Assembly: GCA_964016885.1 (NCBI GenBank)
Contig: OZ024745.1
Span: forward strand, 99,882,001-99,946,000
DNA length: 64,000 nt
Direction of reading: 5' to 3'
Origin: Eledone cirrhosa
Lineage: Eukaryota
Shown: piece after piece, positions 50,926-64,000 of the stretch
How positions within the stretch are numbered: position 1 is the first letter of the stretch
Layout: every line of letters begins with the position of its first letter
Position numbers and translations under genes: made by a program
The notes under the pieces: model-generated
Database searches by the model: none
What the model was told of the DNA's origin: nothing
The model's input: only the letters and a program-made list of their open reading frames with translations

Positions 50926-51315
50926 GTACCCGACCTCCCATGGGTACAAGCTGAAGCATATAGACAATATGCCCCCACATAATACAGAGTACCTGACCTC
51001 CCATGGGTACAAGCTGAAGCATATAGACAATATGCCCCCCCACACCCTCCCACTGCAAGGTGGTCGTGGAGGTGCCACGGCAAAAAAGCACCCAGCCCAC
51101 ACTGTAAAGTGGACGTGTAGGCGCCACGAAAAAGCACCCAGCACTCACTGTAAATGAGGTTGGTGTTAGGAAGGGCATCCAGCTGTAGAAATCAAGCCAA
51201 ATCAGTTCCTGTATGAGCAAGGCAAGGTCAGCCGACCAGACACTGCCCACAACAGGACAACTCGTCTAACCCATGCTAGCGTGGAAGAACGGACGTAAAA
51301 CGGTGATAATGATGA
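50926..51315 (+). mobile_element. RTE family B 3'UTR insertion with ~60-nt tandem duplication at its 5' end
   Basis: GTACCYGACCTCCCATGGGTACAAGCTGAAGCATATAGACAATATGCCCCC at 50926 and 50989. Confidence 0.9.
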
Positions 51316-52539
51316 CAGTATAAAATGAAGTCTCTTTCAGTCATGATTAATTATGGATTGCAACAACTGAGCACACTTGACTGTGCAAGGACCCTAAATG
51401 TTAGGAACCATTTCTTTGATGTTACCTGTGTAGGATGCTGGATTAAATGCTTCAGTATTTGTTTCAGCTCTCTGAAGTTCAAGTCCTGCCGTGGTCAGCT
51501 TTTCCTTTCATCTTGATGAAAGACAAGAAATCAATCTGAATGCCTTGATTCCAAGTTTTCTATCAGGGTGTCTTAACCTTTACCTTTTTATAGGTAAAGG
51601 TTAAGATGTATCTGTAGCTGGATATATATTCCTGTGGAAGGAGTTAAGCTCAGCAACATAAAACCAACGAAACATCTTTCAGTTTTATAATGCTGTGAAA
51701 CAGTACCATCATGCAGTATTTAATTAAAGAGATATGAAGTAACTAGGCTATATATTCAACCTATAGGGATGATATTGTTGTAAAAAGATACAACCAGAGA
51801 TATATCCTCAGTTGCAGAGACTTATAAAAAAAATATTTGTTTGATTTTTGCTGAACAGATGAAATTGATGAGAATAATAAGTATTTTATAATTCAAGAAT
51901 TTTGTATGAACTATGAAAGACTAACTTTATTGTTTTCGTGACATCTGATTTATTCATATTAACACTGTTTGCAAATATCATCAAAGCATGCATTTTAATA
52001 GTGTTAGAATAGAGTACAAAACAGTATTCTTACCTTGCAACAGTTTAAGAGTGGAAATATATCTGTTAACTCTTAATATCATCATCAGTTTTATATTTTT
52101 TCCACACTGGTATAGTTTGAAGGCGATATTTTGTGGCAAAATTCTATGGCTGCATGCTCTTGTTGATATCAAGCCTCACTTGTTTTTGAGTAAGGTGCAG
52201 ATCTTTGCGCAGTTAACTGCTGAAGAAGAGAGTATCTGCTTACATGAAATATAAACAAATAACACTGCTTGCAATATCAAACACATACAATATATATGAT
52301 GGGCTTCCTTACTATTTTTGTCTGTCAAATTCACTCACAGTGCATTGCTTGGCCTGAGGCTATGCAGGGAATAGAACTCAATATCACATGGTTGCTAAGC
52401 AAACTTCTTAACCACACAGCCATGCCTTATTTTGGAATAACAACAAATTGGAGACTTAGATCATCTTAGAATTTGGCTGAAAATACGAAAAAGGTTTTTA
52501 AAACATCTGATTTGCTGCTTCAGTGAAATTTCTTGTTTT

Positions 52540-52726
52540 AATAATTGTTTCTACTTTTGGCACAAGGCCAGCAACTATCCCAGTGTATTACTGGTACTTT
52601 ATTTTATCGACCCCGTAAGGATGAAAGGCAAAGTTAACCTCGGCACGATTTGAACTCAGACCATAAAGGGCCTTAACTCTATGCTGCAAAGCATGGCGTC
52701 CGACCCTCTACCGATACTGTCAATCC
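52540..52726 (-). mobile_element. tRNA-derived SINE
   Basis: Same family as the copy at 13916. Confidence 0.88.
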
Positions 52727-53844
52727 ATCATCATTTAACATCTGTCTCTCCAAGTTTTAAAACCTCTTTTGCATTTTTTAGCATACTCCAGGCCCGAAAA
52801 TAATCTCAATTTCCAATTTGCTATTATTTGAATTGCATCTCAAGATATTGTTTGCCTGCAATGGAAAAAGAAAGTAGCTATGACATTTATGTCTAAGAAA
52901 GTAGACATGACATTTATGAAGAAGTGTATCGGCCTCAAACATGGTTTTGGTTTTAATTTTAAGAGTATCAACATTCCAACACAAGACAGTGATCAAAGAT
53001 ACAATTCAGACTGTTCTATTTTGTTCCAAGAGATCTTTAAACTTCATTGAAGTCTCCAAGGCAAGCTTGTTTCATTGACTAGCTTGGCCAAATCAGATTT
53101 TTATCGTGTTAACTCCTTTACCTCAGTCAGGTTTAGAATGTCTATACACTTAAACTATGGATCCTAATAATATATTCTGCTCGACATGTATGTCTGATAT
53201 ACTTGTGCATAGATGAAGTTTAGTAAGCTGGAAGTCTCAACAATATTTCTGATTGCCAATATCATTAACAATAATGATTCAGGGAGTTCATAGTTATTTT
53301 GACTAACTTTGATATTAAATTTCCATGTCCTTTGAGTTTTCTTTTTCTTTTTTCATTAGATTCTTTTCTGAGTCATTACATTACAAATTTCAAAACCGTT
53401 GCTTATGTGGCATTCCACACTTATACCAAATTGGGACAGAAGCAATTGTTTCTAAGTTACCATGATCAATGATCTGGTTTTCAAGGCTAAAGACCTAATT
53501 CTTTACATCTTCTGTATGTTATTGCTTGTTTACCGAAAAATTTGATCACAGCTAGTTTGTGTTTCGGAATCTCATTGTTTTCCATAACTTTCTTCCACTC
53601 CAAACTGAGTATTTCATTTACTAGTAAAGATTCTATATCCCTTTCTTGTTCAACATTGAAAAATGTCAGGATTGCTATATTGTGTGGTTCAGAAATATAG
53701 ATATAACAAACATTTGAAAGGGCTGATGAAAACGATGTTTCTGTGTTGGAAAAGGTCTGCTAAAGTTTGGAATAAACAACCTCCACTTCTTTGTTTTTAG
53801 TTTTCACTGTTAGTCAATTTCAAGAAATACTATTTTATGTTCAT

Positions 53845-53939
53845 TAGGCAGTATCAGTAAGGCGTTGGACGCCATGCTTTGTAGCATAGAGTTACGCCCC
53901 TTTATGATCTGAGTTGAAATCCCACTGAGGTTAACTTTG
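53845..53939 (+). mobile_element. SINE 5' half
   Basis: Head and B-box region only. Confidence 0.7.
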
Positions 53940-55406
53940 AGTAGAACAAAACCAGAGAAGTGGTATTGTGTGATATGCCAAAATGGAATAGACTGGGACT
54001 TGGAACTGCAACAAGATTTCTGGCAGTCAACTGTACTGTATGCACAAGAGTAGCTAGCAACATGGGCTAGCTTAAATTGAATGCTATTCACTTTTCACAT
54101 AGCTTGCTGGAAATCATGTAATTTCTGACATGTAGATAACATAATTAGTCGTAAATGTGAATCTAGTCATTATATGATAGCTGAAATTAGAGAATTAAGA
54201 AGGGGTATGTTATGTGAATGGATGATGCATGTTAGATACTCAAGTTTTATGAGTTAATGATAAATGGCATTAGTGTTAGAATTAGAACAAGTAAAACTAT
54301 GAGTAAAAGTAGTAAGCAGATATTTGGAAACATTGAACTACAAAGAAGAGATAATATAACACTACCACTACCCTTACTTTTCCTTGTTGATTATTTGCAT
54401 AAATGCATATTTCCATTCATAGTTATGCAGAATTTCATTTGTGCAACTTTCTGAAAGTCTGTTCTACTTACCTTGTCTAATATTTTTGGTCTATTTCTAC
54501 CATGAATTCCATTTGAGGGGATATGATCATATTTTTGTATATTCATATCAATGAAATAATATTTCTTGCCTAACCCAATTATTGTAGTACCATCATAGTT
54601 TGTCAGTTTTCTTTCATCTACCCAACAATTTAACTCCTTTATCTTTAAAACACCATATTTCTCATATCTTCACTACAATATATTCTCATACTTCTTTATA
54701 AAACAGCTGTTTTGTTCAGTTTCTTTTACTGCCTTGACATCATAGAAAGTGAGCTAATGCTTGTTCATGTAAGACTAATTAAATCATTTCCAGCAAGCCA
54801 TTAAGGCAATCTATTATTTATTTATTTTGTTATTGAGAGTTCAGGATTAATTGCTAGCAATGCATTTCCTATACTTAATATGTTGAATTCCTGTCAGACT
54901 ATTTAAAACACTGTGCATATTAGATGGCATATAATATTGTGTAACACTGATGTTGTATATTGCAGTTGTAGTAGATCTTGAGCAGTGGAATGAGATCAAC
55001 CCCACCTCCCAGGCATAATAGGGTTAAGAACAATTGGAATGTATGTTTTTGAATATGGAATATAACATTTCGAGGTTTATTAAAGGAAAATGATTTGAGT
55101 AGCAAATGTATTGTGTGATATCATTAAGGGAGATGGCTACATTATGGAATGGTGAATTTTAGGGTTTTTTTTTATTATTCTTATTGGCTTCTATTTCCTG
55201 ATCTGCTAAGTTACAGGGCATAAACAAACAGCACTAGTTGTTAAGCATTGTCAACATAAACATAAAAATACACACACACAAACAGGATGGTTTGAGACAA
55301 TATTTTACAACTAGATGCTTTTTCTAACGCCAGTCCTTTTAATCAACTCATACAGTACATGGATATGGTATACCTATTCTAAAAACAAGAATATACATAA
55401 CATATC

Positions 55407-55450
<44 letters not shown>

Positions 55451-56153
55451 TTAGACTTTCACAATTTTCATCTACCAAATTTCATTCACATGATCAACCC
55501 AATTATACATTAATTATTTTAATTTTATCAAATGTCACAATTTTTAAATAATAGTGTCATTGGTTGACACTAGTGTATTGTGTGCAACGTCACTGTTACT
55601 GGTTCACTGCATCTATGGTGGTAACAGGAAAAAGGGGACTTCACTTGATGCAGAGTATCTCTTTTGTAAAGCATCAATTTTTCATGGTTTGTGGCTAAAG
55701 TTTATATCCATACGTACTGGAACTTAAGTCCTCTTGTTCTGAGAAGTGCATTGGGCAACACTTTCCCCCCAATGAACTTGATACACTGCTGCTCTTTCAT
55801 GTTCGTTTTGAGTGATGTTCACAGCATTCAGATCATCTGCTGTCAGGTGAACTTTGGGTTTATATCTCGTACTAATATAAATCATTGAAAAACATATGCA
55901 CATGTTTGAGTGAGCAATGATTTCACAGTTTTCAATGACTAAGATCCAACCCATTAGATATTAGTTAACCCAGAAAATGCTGCCCAAAGAATCACCCAGT
56001 GGGATTTAATAACATCATCACCACTGTTTAACATTCATTTTTTCACGTTAGCATGGGTTAGATGAGTTGTCCTGTTGTGAGACAAGTCAGATCAGATGAC
56101 CGTGTCTTGCTCATACAGAGCTGTTTCTGGTTTGGTTTTTACAACTGGATGAC

Positions 56154-56213
<60 letters not shown>

Positions 56214-56219
56214 TATATT

Positions 56220-56430
56220 TATTAAAATAACAGATTAAAGTTTAAGCAAAGAATCGCTGCTTTCACCCTTGACGGGATCTTGATCCCGTTAAGGGTGAAA
56301 GCAGCGATTCTTTGCTTAAACTTTAATCTGTTATTTTAATAAATATTTGCTCTACGGTTCTTATATATTTGATATGTATTTTCCTTATAGAGCCCTCTTT
56401 GGATTTTAGTCTTCAATTTTATTATTATTA
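56220..56430 (+). mobile_element. Penelope-like 3' end inside (TA)n, with near-perfect palindrome 56220-56341 and hammerhead 3' portion
   Basis: ~60-bp arms around TT. The right arm reads TGA-T-CCC-GTTAA-GGG-T-GAAA-GCA..TGC-TT, then AATAAA and GCTCTAC. Confidence 0.6.
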
Positions 56431-56433
56431 CTA

Positions 56434-58221
<1,788 letters not shown>

Positions 58222-61200
58222 CTCTTTTACTCTTTTACTCTTTTACCTGTTTCAGCCATCCGGCTGAGGCCATGCTGGGGCACCGCCCTTGTTGCTACAC
58301 ATTTTATCTCCAGCCTGTATAGGTTGGCCACTGGTGTAGGAGGGAGTTTGTTGCTGCTGCCCTTAGGTTTCCCTCGTGTCTTGCTGTGGGCTCATCCGGG
58401 ATCCTGGATAACAAGGTGTCGAGATGTTTCTTAAAGACATCCACCTCCACGTCATGCAAGTCTCGCAGATGCCTCAGCAGCCTGTTGAAGAGTTGAGGGC
58501 CCTTGAATCCCAGGCTATTGCAATACCTGCTCCTTATTCTAGATGTGGAAGACGGGACCTTTGGCACCACACAGTGACGTCCTGTTCGACGGTTGGTCCA
58601 GCTCCCAATGCCAAAGTTTGGTGCTAGTCCCTCCAGGATTTTCCACATGTAGATCACTGCGTATCTCTCCCGTCTTCGCTCCAAGGAGTAGAGGTTCAGT
58701 TCCTTCAGCCTCTCCCAGTAGCTTGTCTCCCTCATCTTGGCAATCCTCTTGGTGTAGCTTCGCTGGATTGCCTCAAGCTCTGTGGTTAGTTTGACACTAT
58801 GGGGTGACCACAGCTGGGAGCAGTAGTCCAGGCGGCTTAGGACAAAAGTCCTCCACAGTGTCAACATGGTGTCTCGATCTCTTGTAAGGAAAGTCCTCAA
58901 GATCCAGCCAGCGAATCGTCTACATGCTGTCGCCACCTTCATGATGTGTGAAGAAAAAGATGCATCATCGCTCATGTCTATGCCCAGGTCTCGTATCGAT
59001 TTTGACACGGGGATATCGGTCCCTCCTGGTCCTGTGTAGCTGTGTTCCGCTATATTTGTGTTTGTGTTTGCAGGTTTGTATTGTAGGGCTTGGAATTTGC
59101 CAGCATTAAACTGCATGTTGTTTTCTTCCGCCCATCTGTATATGGCATCCAGATCCTGCTGTAAGAGGGCAGCGTCAGCCGGGTTTTTGATTGCCTGTGC
59201 TATCTTAGTGTCATCAGCATAGCTAGTGAGGGATGTTGTTGCATGCACCACAGAGGGCATGTCCGAGAGAGCCACCAAAAACAGTAGTGGTGCCAGGACT
59301 GTCCCCTGAGGCACCCCACTTGTTATCGGTGTTTCCCTCGAGAGGGCCCCATTTGCTGCGACTGCCTGGATTCTGTCCCTCAGGAAGCCATGCAGCCACT
59401 CACCTACTTTTCCAGTTATGCCGAGTCCGTGTAGTTTGTGACATATCATTCCGTGGTCGACCTTGTCAAAGGCCTTCGCAAAGTCAAGATATATCACGTC
59501 TACATGTGAGCTGTCTAGTAGCTGTCTCAGTACCCAGTCGTAGTGATGTAGCAGCTGTGTAAGGCAGCTTCTTCCTGGGCGGAAGCCATGTTGCGTGCTA
59601 GTCAGGCGGTCATTTTCTTCGAGGAAAGTGATTAGTTTCTTTCTGACGACTCGCTCCATGACCTTACTGATATGCGATGTCAGGGAGACTGGCCTATAGT
59701 TCTTGGCCTCCGCTCTACTACCTCCTTTATGGATAGGGCATATTGTGCCTTCTTTCAGCTCCCTGGGTAGTACACCGCTAGCCAAGGAGCTTCTGAAGAG
59801 CATCTTCAGTGGAGTTGCTAAGGCCCGCTTACATATTTTTAGGAGAACTGCTGGGAATCCATCAGGTCCAGCAGCCGAGTCTGTTCTAATTTCATCAATG
59901 GCGTACACCACATCCTCTTCCGTTATGTCTATGTGGTTGATGGTTGCCATTTCTTGATGTAGTGTTGTGGCATCAAAGAACTCCTCTGGCTTCGTTATTT
60001 GCATGTGCCTCAGTGGACATGTGAAGACACTTTTGTACTGTTCGTTCAGTATTTCACATATCTCTTGGGGATTTTCGGTTAATGAACCGTCCGTGTGGAA
60101 GAGTGGTCCAATCTTGCAATGTACTGAGGCAGTTTCTTTTGCAAATTTAAAGAAGGCCTTAGGGTTTGTTTTAATGTTTTCTATGGCCCTGTTCTCTTTC
60201 CTTGCCCTCTCATTCTCATGTGAAAGCTTGAGTGCAATCTCGGTGTCAAGTAGTGCACGTTTCAAATAGGATTCCTTCTTGTTTTGGTTTTGTTGACTAT
60301 TCAACTGGTTTGAGAGTTTAGTTCTACGTCTCATAAGGATTTTCCTATCTCTGGGAATAAGATTTTTGTGTCTGTTTGCCTCTTTCTCCGGGACACACTT
60401 TTTGCATATGGTGTGTATCGTTGTCATGAAGTGTTGAAATTGTGTGTTAGTGTCTTGTGTGGCGATGTTTGCACTCCATGTTTGCTTCCGGATTTCACTC
60501 TTAATCTTCTTCCAGTCAGCCCCGTAGAAGTTAAGGCTGGATAGCGTCCCGGAGCTTCTTGGTGGTTTTGTCTCTGTTGGTTCTCTTGGACCACATATCA
60601 TTAGCTCTACCAAGTTATGATCCGAGAGAATTGTTGGTGTCACCTTTACATTGTGGATGAGCACTTCGTTGTTTGTAAAACAGAGGTCCAGGACATTTTC
60701 GCCTCTTGTTGGGAGGAGTATTGCTTGCTCCATGAACAGCCTGTGTGTGAGGGCCAGCAGGGATTCCGTCTGTCTCTGTTCTATTGACGTCATTCCAGGG
60801 AGGAGGTGACCCTCAGGCCATTTGACCTTTGGTAGGTTGAAGTCTCCCAGCAGTAGGATGTTGAGACCCTGGTCCAGTTTGTCAAGGACCTCTTCTATCC
60901 TACTTAGGCTATCCTCAAATTTACCTCAAATTTACTGGGGGCATCGGGCGGCCGATATGTGACACATATTACCATCTGTAGTTGCTTCATATGTATTATC
61001 AGTGTGTCACAGACTGAGTTTGAATGTGTCAACAGTACAATTGGTGTGACATCTTCACGGATATACAGAGCAACCCCACCATGAGTTCTCTCCTTCCTGT
61101 CCGAACGAAATACAGTATATTTCGGTATATGTATTTCTGCATCTGCTATACTGCTTGTCAGGTGCGTTTCGGTTAGTGCCATGCATAGTGCTTGATTGCT

Positions 61201-61228
61201 TATGGCTAAGTCTCCCAGGTAGGAGTCC
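58222..61228 (-). mobile_element. CR1-clade LINE, almost complete ORF2 (APE endonuclease + RT), ORF1 missing
   Basis: APE motifs TETHL, YRPP, GDFN, LDL and SDH. RT motifs YLDFAKAFDKV, GVPQGTVLAP and YADD. C-terminal LERRR. 3'UTR hairpin TCAGCC-GGAT-GGCTGA and (GTAAAAGA)3 tail. One 11-bp duplication frameshift at 60913-60934. Confidence 0.95.
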
Positions 61229-61236
61229 CTATCATT

Positions 61237-61418
61237 CCACTGCAAAATGGTCGTGGAGGTGTCACGGCAAAGAAAGCACCCAGCACTCACTGTAAATGAG
61301 GTTGGTGTTAGGAAGAGCATCCAGCTGTAGAAATCAAGCCAGAATCAGTTCCCGTCCCACCCTTGCAAGCAGGGAAAAAGCGGACGTAAAATGAAAAATG
61401 ATGATGATGATGATGATG
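61237..61418 (+). mobile_element. Chimeric RTE 3' end (family B UTR + family A terminus)
   Basis: ...AAGCCAGAATCAGTTCCCG is followed by TCCCACCCTTGCAAGC.GGGAA..AGCGGACGTAAAATG(ATG)n, as at 2360-2416. Confidence 0.75.
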
Positions 61419-61690
61419 CTGTAAATGCCAACCACATTTACAGTGGAAACTGAGTGATTTTTATCATGACACCAACTCAACCACTTTACAGTGTGGACTG
61501 GACGCTTGGCACCAAAATGACCACTTTACTGTGTGGACTAGGCACTTGGCACCAAAATGACCACTTTACTGTAGACTGGGTGCTTTTTTTGTTTTACCAA
61601 AACGACCTCATTACAAGTTAAACTGGGTGCTTTTTGTCATGTCACCATCACAACCACTTTACAGGGTGGACTGGGTGTTTATTGTTGTGT
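61419..61690 (-). repeat. RTE-3'UTR-type ~40-bp unit array
   Basis: Repeated ACCACTTTACAGTGTGGACTGGG(TGCTTT) units. Confidence 0.7.
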
Positions 61691-64000
61691 TGCTAAAGTA
61701 TAAAGTTATAAAGTATAAAGTTATAAAGCAAAAGTCCGTAATCACTCAGCTATACCTACATTCAATTAACCATGTTATATATGGAGGAACTATTGCTGGA
61801 GTTATGCTTATCCTACTACAAACCACTCAACTGTGAAGCAGGAAGTGAAGCTTGTTTTGATGAGTCTTGCAAAGTGGAGTACTTTGATAATAGCTAATAT
61901 AATGTATATGAAGCAAAGAAAGGTCAAGATAAATTGGTGATTGAAGCAGATCTAAATTGGTAATTGAAGCCATTATACAACCGTATTAAATTTATGTTTG
62001 ATTGAAAAAGCAGTTGTGAAAATGACTGTAGTCTTATTTTCTAAATGTTGATTGTTTTCATGTAGCTTTGGTGATTGATGTGTTAATTATGACTGCAATC
62101 ATAACCAGGAACTCTAATTTGAATATCTATTTCTAGACTTCAGACCTCATGTGCTGTGTCTGCACTGATTCTGTAATGAGATGAAAGTTGTTTGTATAAT
62201 GGAGGTACCATGATACTTGTAGTGTTAGATTTCTTTATAAGAATTTGAAAGGCAGATAAAATTTAGCTTCTAACTAGATTTCAGATTTTTAACTGCTTTT
62301 AGCCATCTCAACATTTTGTTAAGATTTTTTTTATTGTAAATAAGCTATTTTTTAATTCTTTTGATACCAACCTACCTGAAACTGCTTTTTGTTCTATGAT
62401 AGAGAACCATGTTTGAAGTGTTCACGTTAAAATTTGAACTTTCCATTATAGTTTTTTTTTGTAAAAATCCTAAGTTATGTTCTAAACACTAACATTATGA
62501 TGAGAAAATTAGTTATATTACTAAATCATGCAAATTTTTATTTAAAAAAATTAATTGAAAATCATAAGCAATGTCTTCCATTAGAAATTTGGTAACATAA
62601 GTGTTGAATGTGGCTGCAAGAGTAGTGATGTTTACAATATATAGTAAGGAAATATATGGTAAGGAAAGCATCTGGTTATTGTTTGGAACGTAACTTAACA
62701 GAAAAGTTCTTGTTTAAATTATTATGTGAGGGTTTATTTTAAATATTGACCACTTTATAGCAAATGGTTTTGTTTTCAGACAGGTTAGTATCAAAAGAGC
62801 TAAATAATGGTAAATGAAGATGAGGCATTTCCAAGTTCTATCAACTAAATATACCTGAGTGTAAAGAATCTCATGAGTTAATTGCTGATCGTAGCTTAAA
62901 TGAAGGTAAACAGGATAAAACATAGAGGGAGGTTGTTTGATTGTGGCTAAAAGAAATAAAACCTTGTGTGGTGGGAGTAATAATAGGCTGGAGAAACAGA
63001 TGAGATGTTCTACTTATTTGACTGCAAATTGACAGTCATTAGGGCTTAGATGAAATGTCTCTGCATTTGTTTCATCTCACTGGACTCTGGTCAACTTTGC
63101 TTTCATCTTTTGGAGTTCAATAAATAAAGTACCAGTCAAAGTGTGGTGGATTAGTGGAATTGTTAGTGTTCAACAGGATACTTTGCAGTATCTGATTTGG
63201 CTCTGTGCATCCTGAGTTCACATCCTGCCTTCTGACAGGAGCTGCAACTGTTAGGTAATGTGATAGTAGAGGTGGTGGTAGGAGAGCAGCAATAGTTGTG
63301 ATGGTGAAAAGTAACAGCAGTATATGTTGTTTAATGACATTTCTTGTTCCACTGTTCTTCTTTTACTCAATCAGCACAATCTATGATACACATTGCTGTG
63401 AATAAAAACAACAATTGCTTTAACACTTGTCATACTAGAACAATAAAACTTTGAAGATAATGTTATCCCAGAATAATCTCTGTGCTCTCTTTTCTTAAAC
63501 TGAAACATAGTGTTGGGGAGGGGTAACATTTTTGACAACAATTATTTTACAGCCAGTCTGGGTTTTATTGTAAAACATGAGAAACTTCTTCAGAATGGAA
63601 AGAGAATAAATGGAACTATTTTGTTATTTTATAAACTTAGACAATGTAATATATTTTTTCTTTGGTTGCTTCTTATTCAAGGCAGTTTCTTTATTCTATT
63701 CATGAAAACTTAGCTATTGTAATTTGATCATTGTCTATCACATTGGTTAGTTCATGAACAAATAAATACATTTTAACAGTCATTTTTCTTTGGTGACATT
63801 TTTCTTTGTTGACATTAGAATAACAAATCTAGCCTACAAGTTGCTGAGCATCACAGGAGCTAGTTGGCGAAGGACCATCAGGTTGGCCACTGAGATAACA
63901 AAAGTTGCTTCAAATCAGTTTGTTTATCAGAAGTGAGCCATGGAGAGGGAAGTGCTGCGTGAACACAACCCAGGGCCTGGTTGCCTGTGTGAGGGTGTTA

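Noticed and set aside
60904-61320. 138-aa ORF as a novel fusion protein
   Set aside because: Accidental read-through from an antisense RTE UTR fragment into the truncated CR1 endonuclease.

Overview
AT-rich, repeat-dense eukaryotic (animal) DNA. The SINE/LINE families resemble those I associate with octopus (inference). The only host coding sequence I can support is one 130-nt internal exon (49530-49659, +) encoding part of the CID domain of an RPRD2-like gene. I found neither neighbouring exon, so much of the window is probably intronic. The rest is a transposon landscape: several RTE LINE families, one near-complete CR1-clade ORF2, a GC-rich CRE-clade RLE retroelement, R4/Dong-like 3' ends, a deleted mariner, a piggyBac fossil, Helitrons, MITEs, tRNA-derived SINEs, Penelope-like fragments and about 1.7 kb of (TA)n. 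Two results stand out. (1) The RTE reverse transcriptases carry a C4HC3 PHD-type zinc finger inserted inside the RT domain. (2) There is a set of type I hammerhead ribozyme motifs, mostly next to (TA)n tracts. One is complete (56711-56788, -), and several sit in fold-back palindromes whose axes fall on or beside the ribozyme core. All calls were made by eye, and no database search was run.
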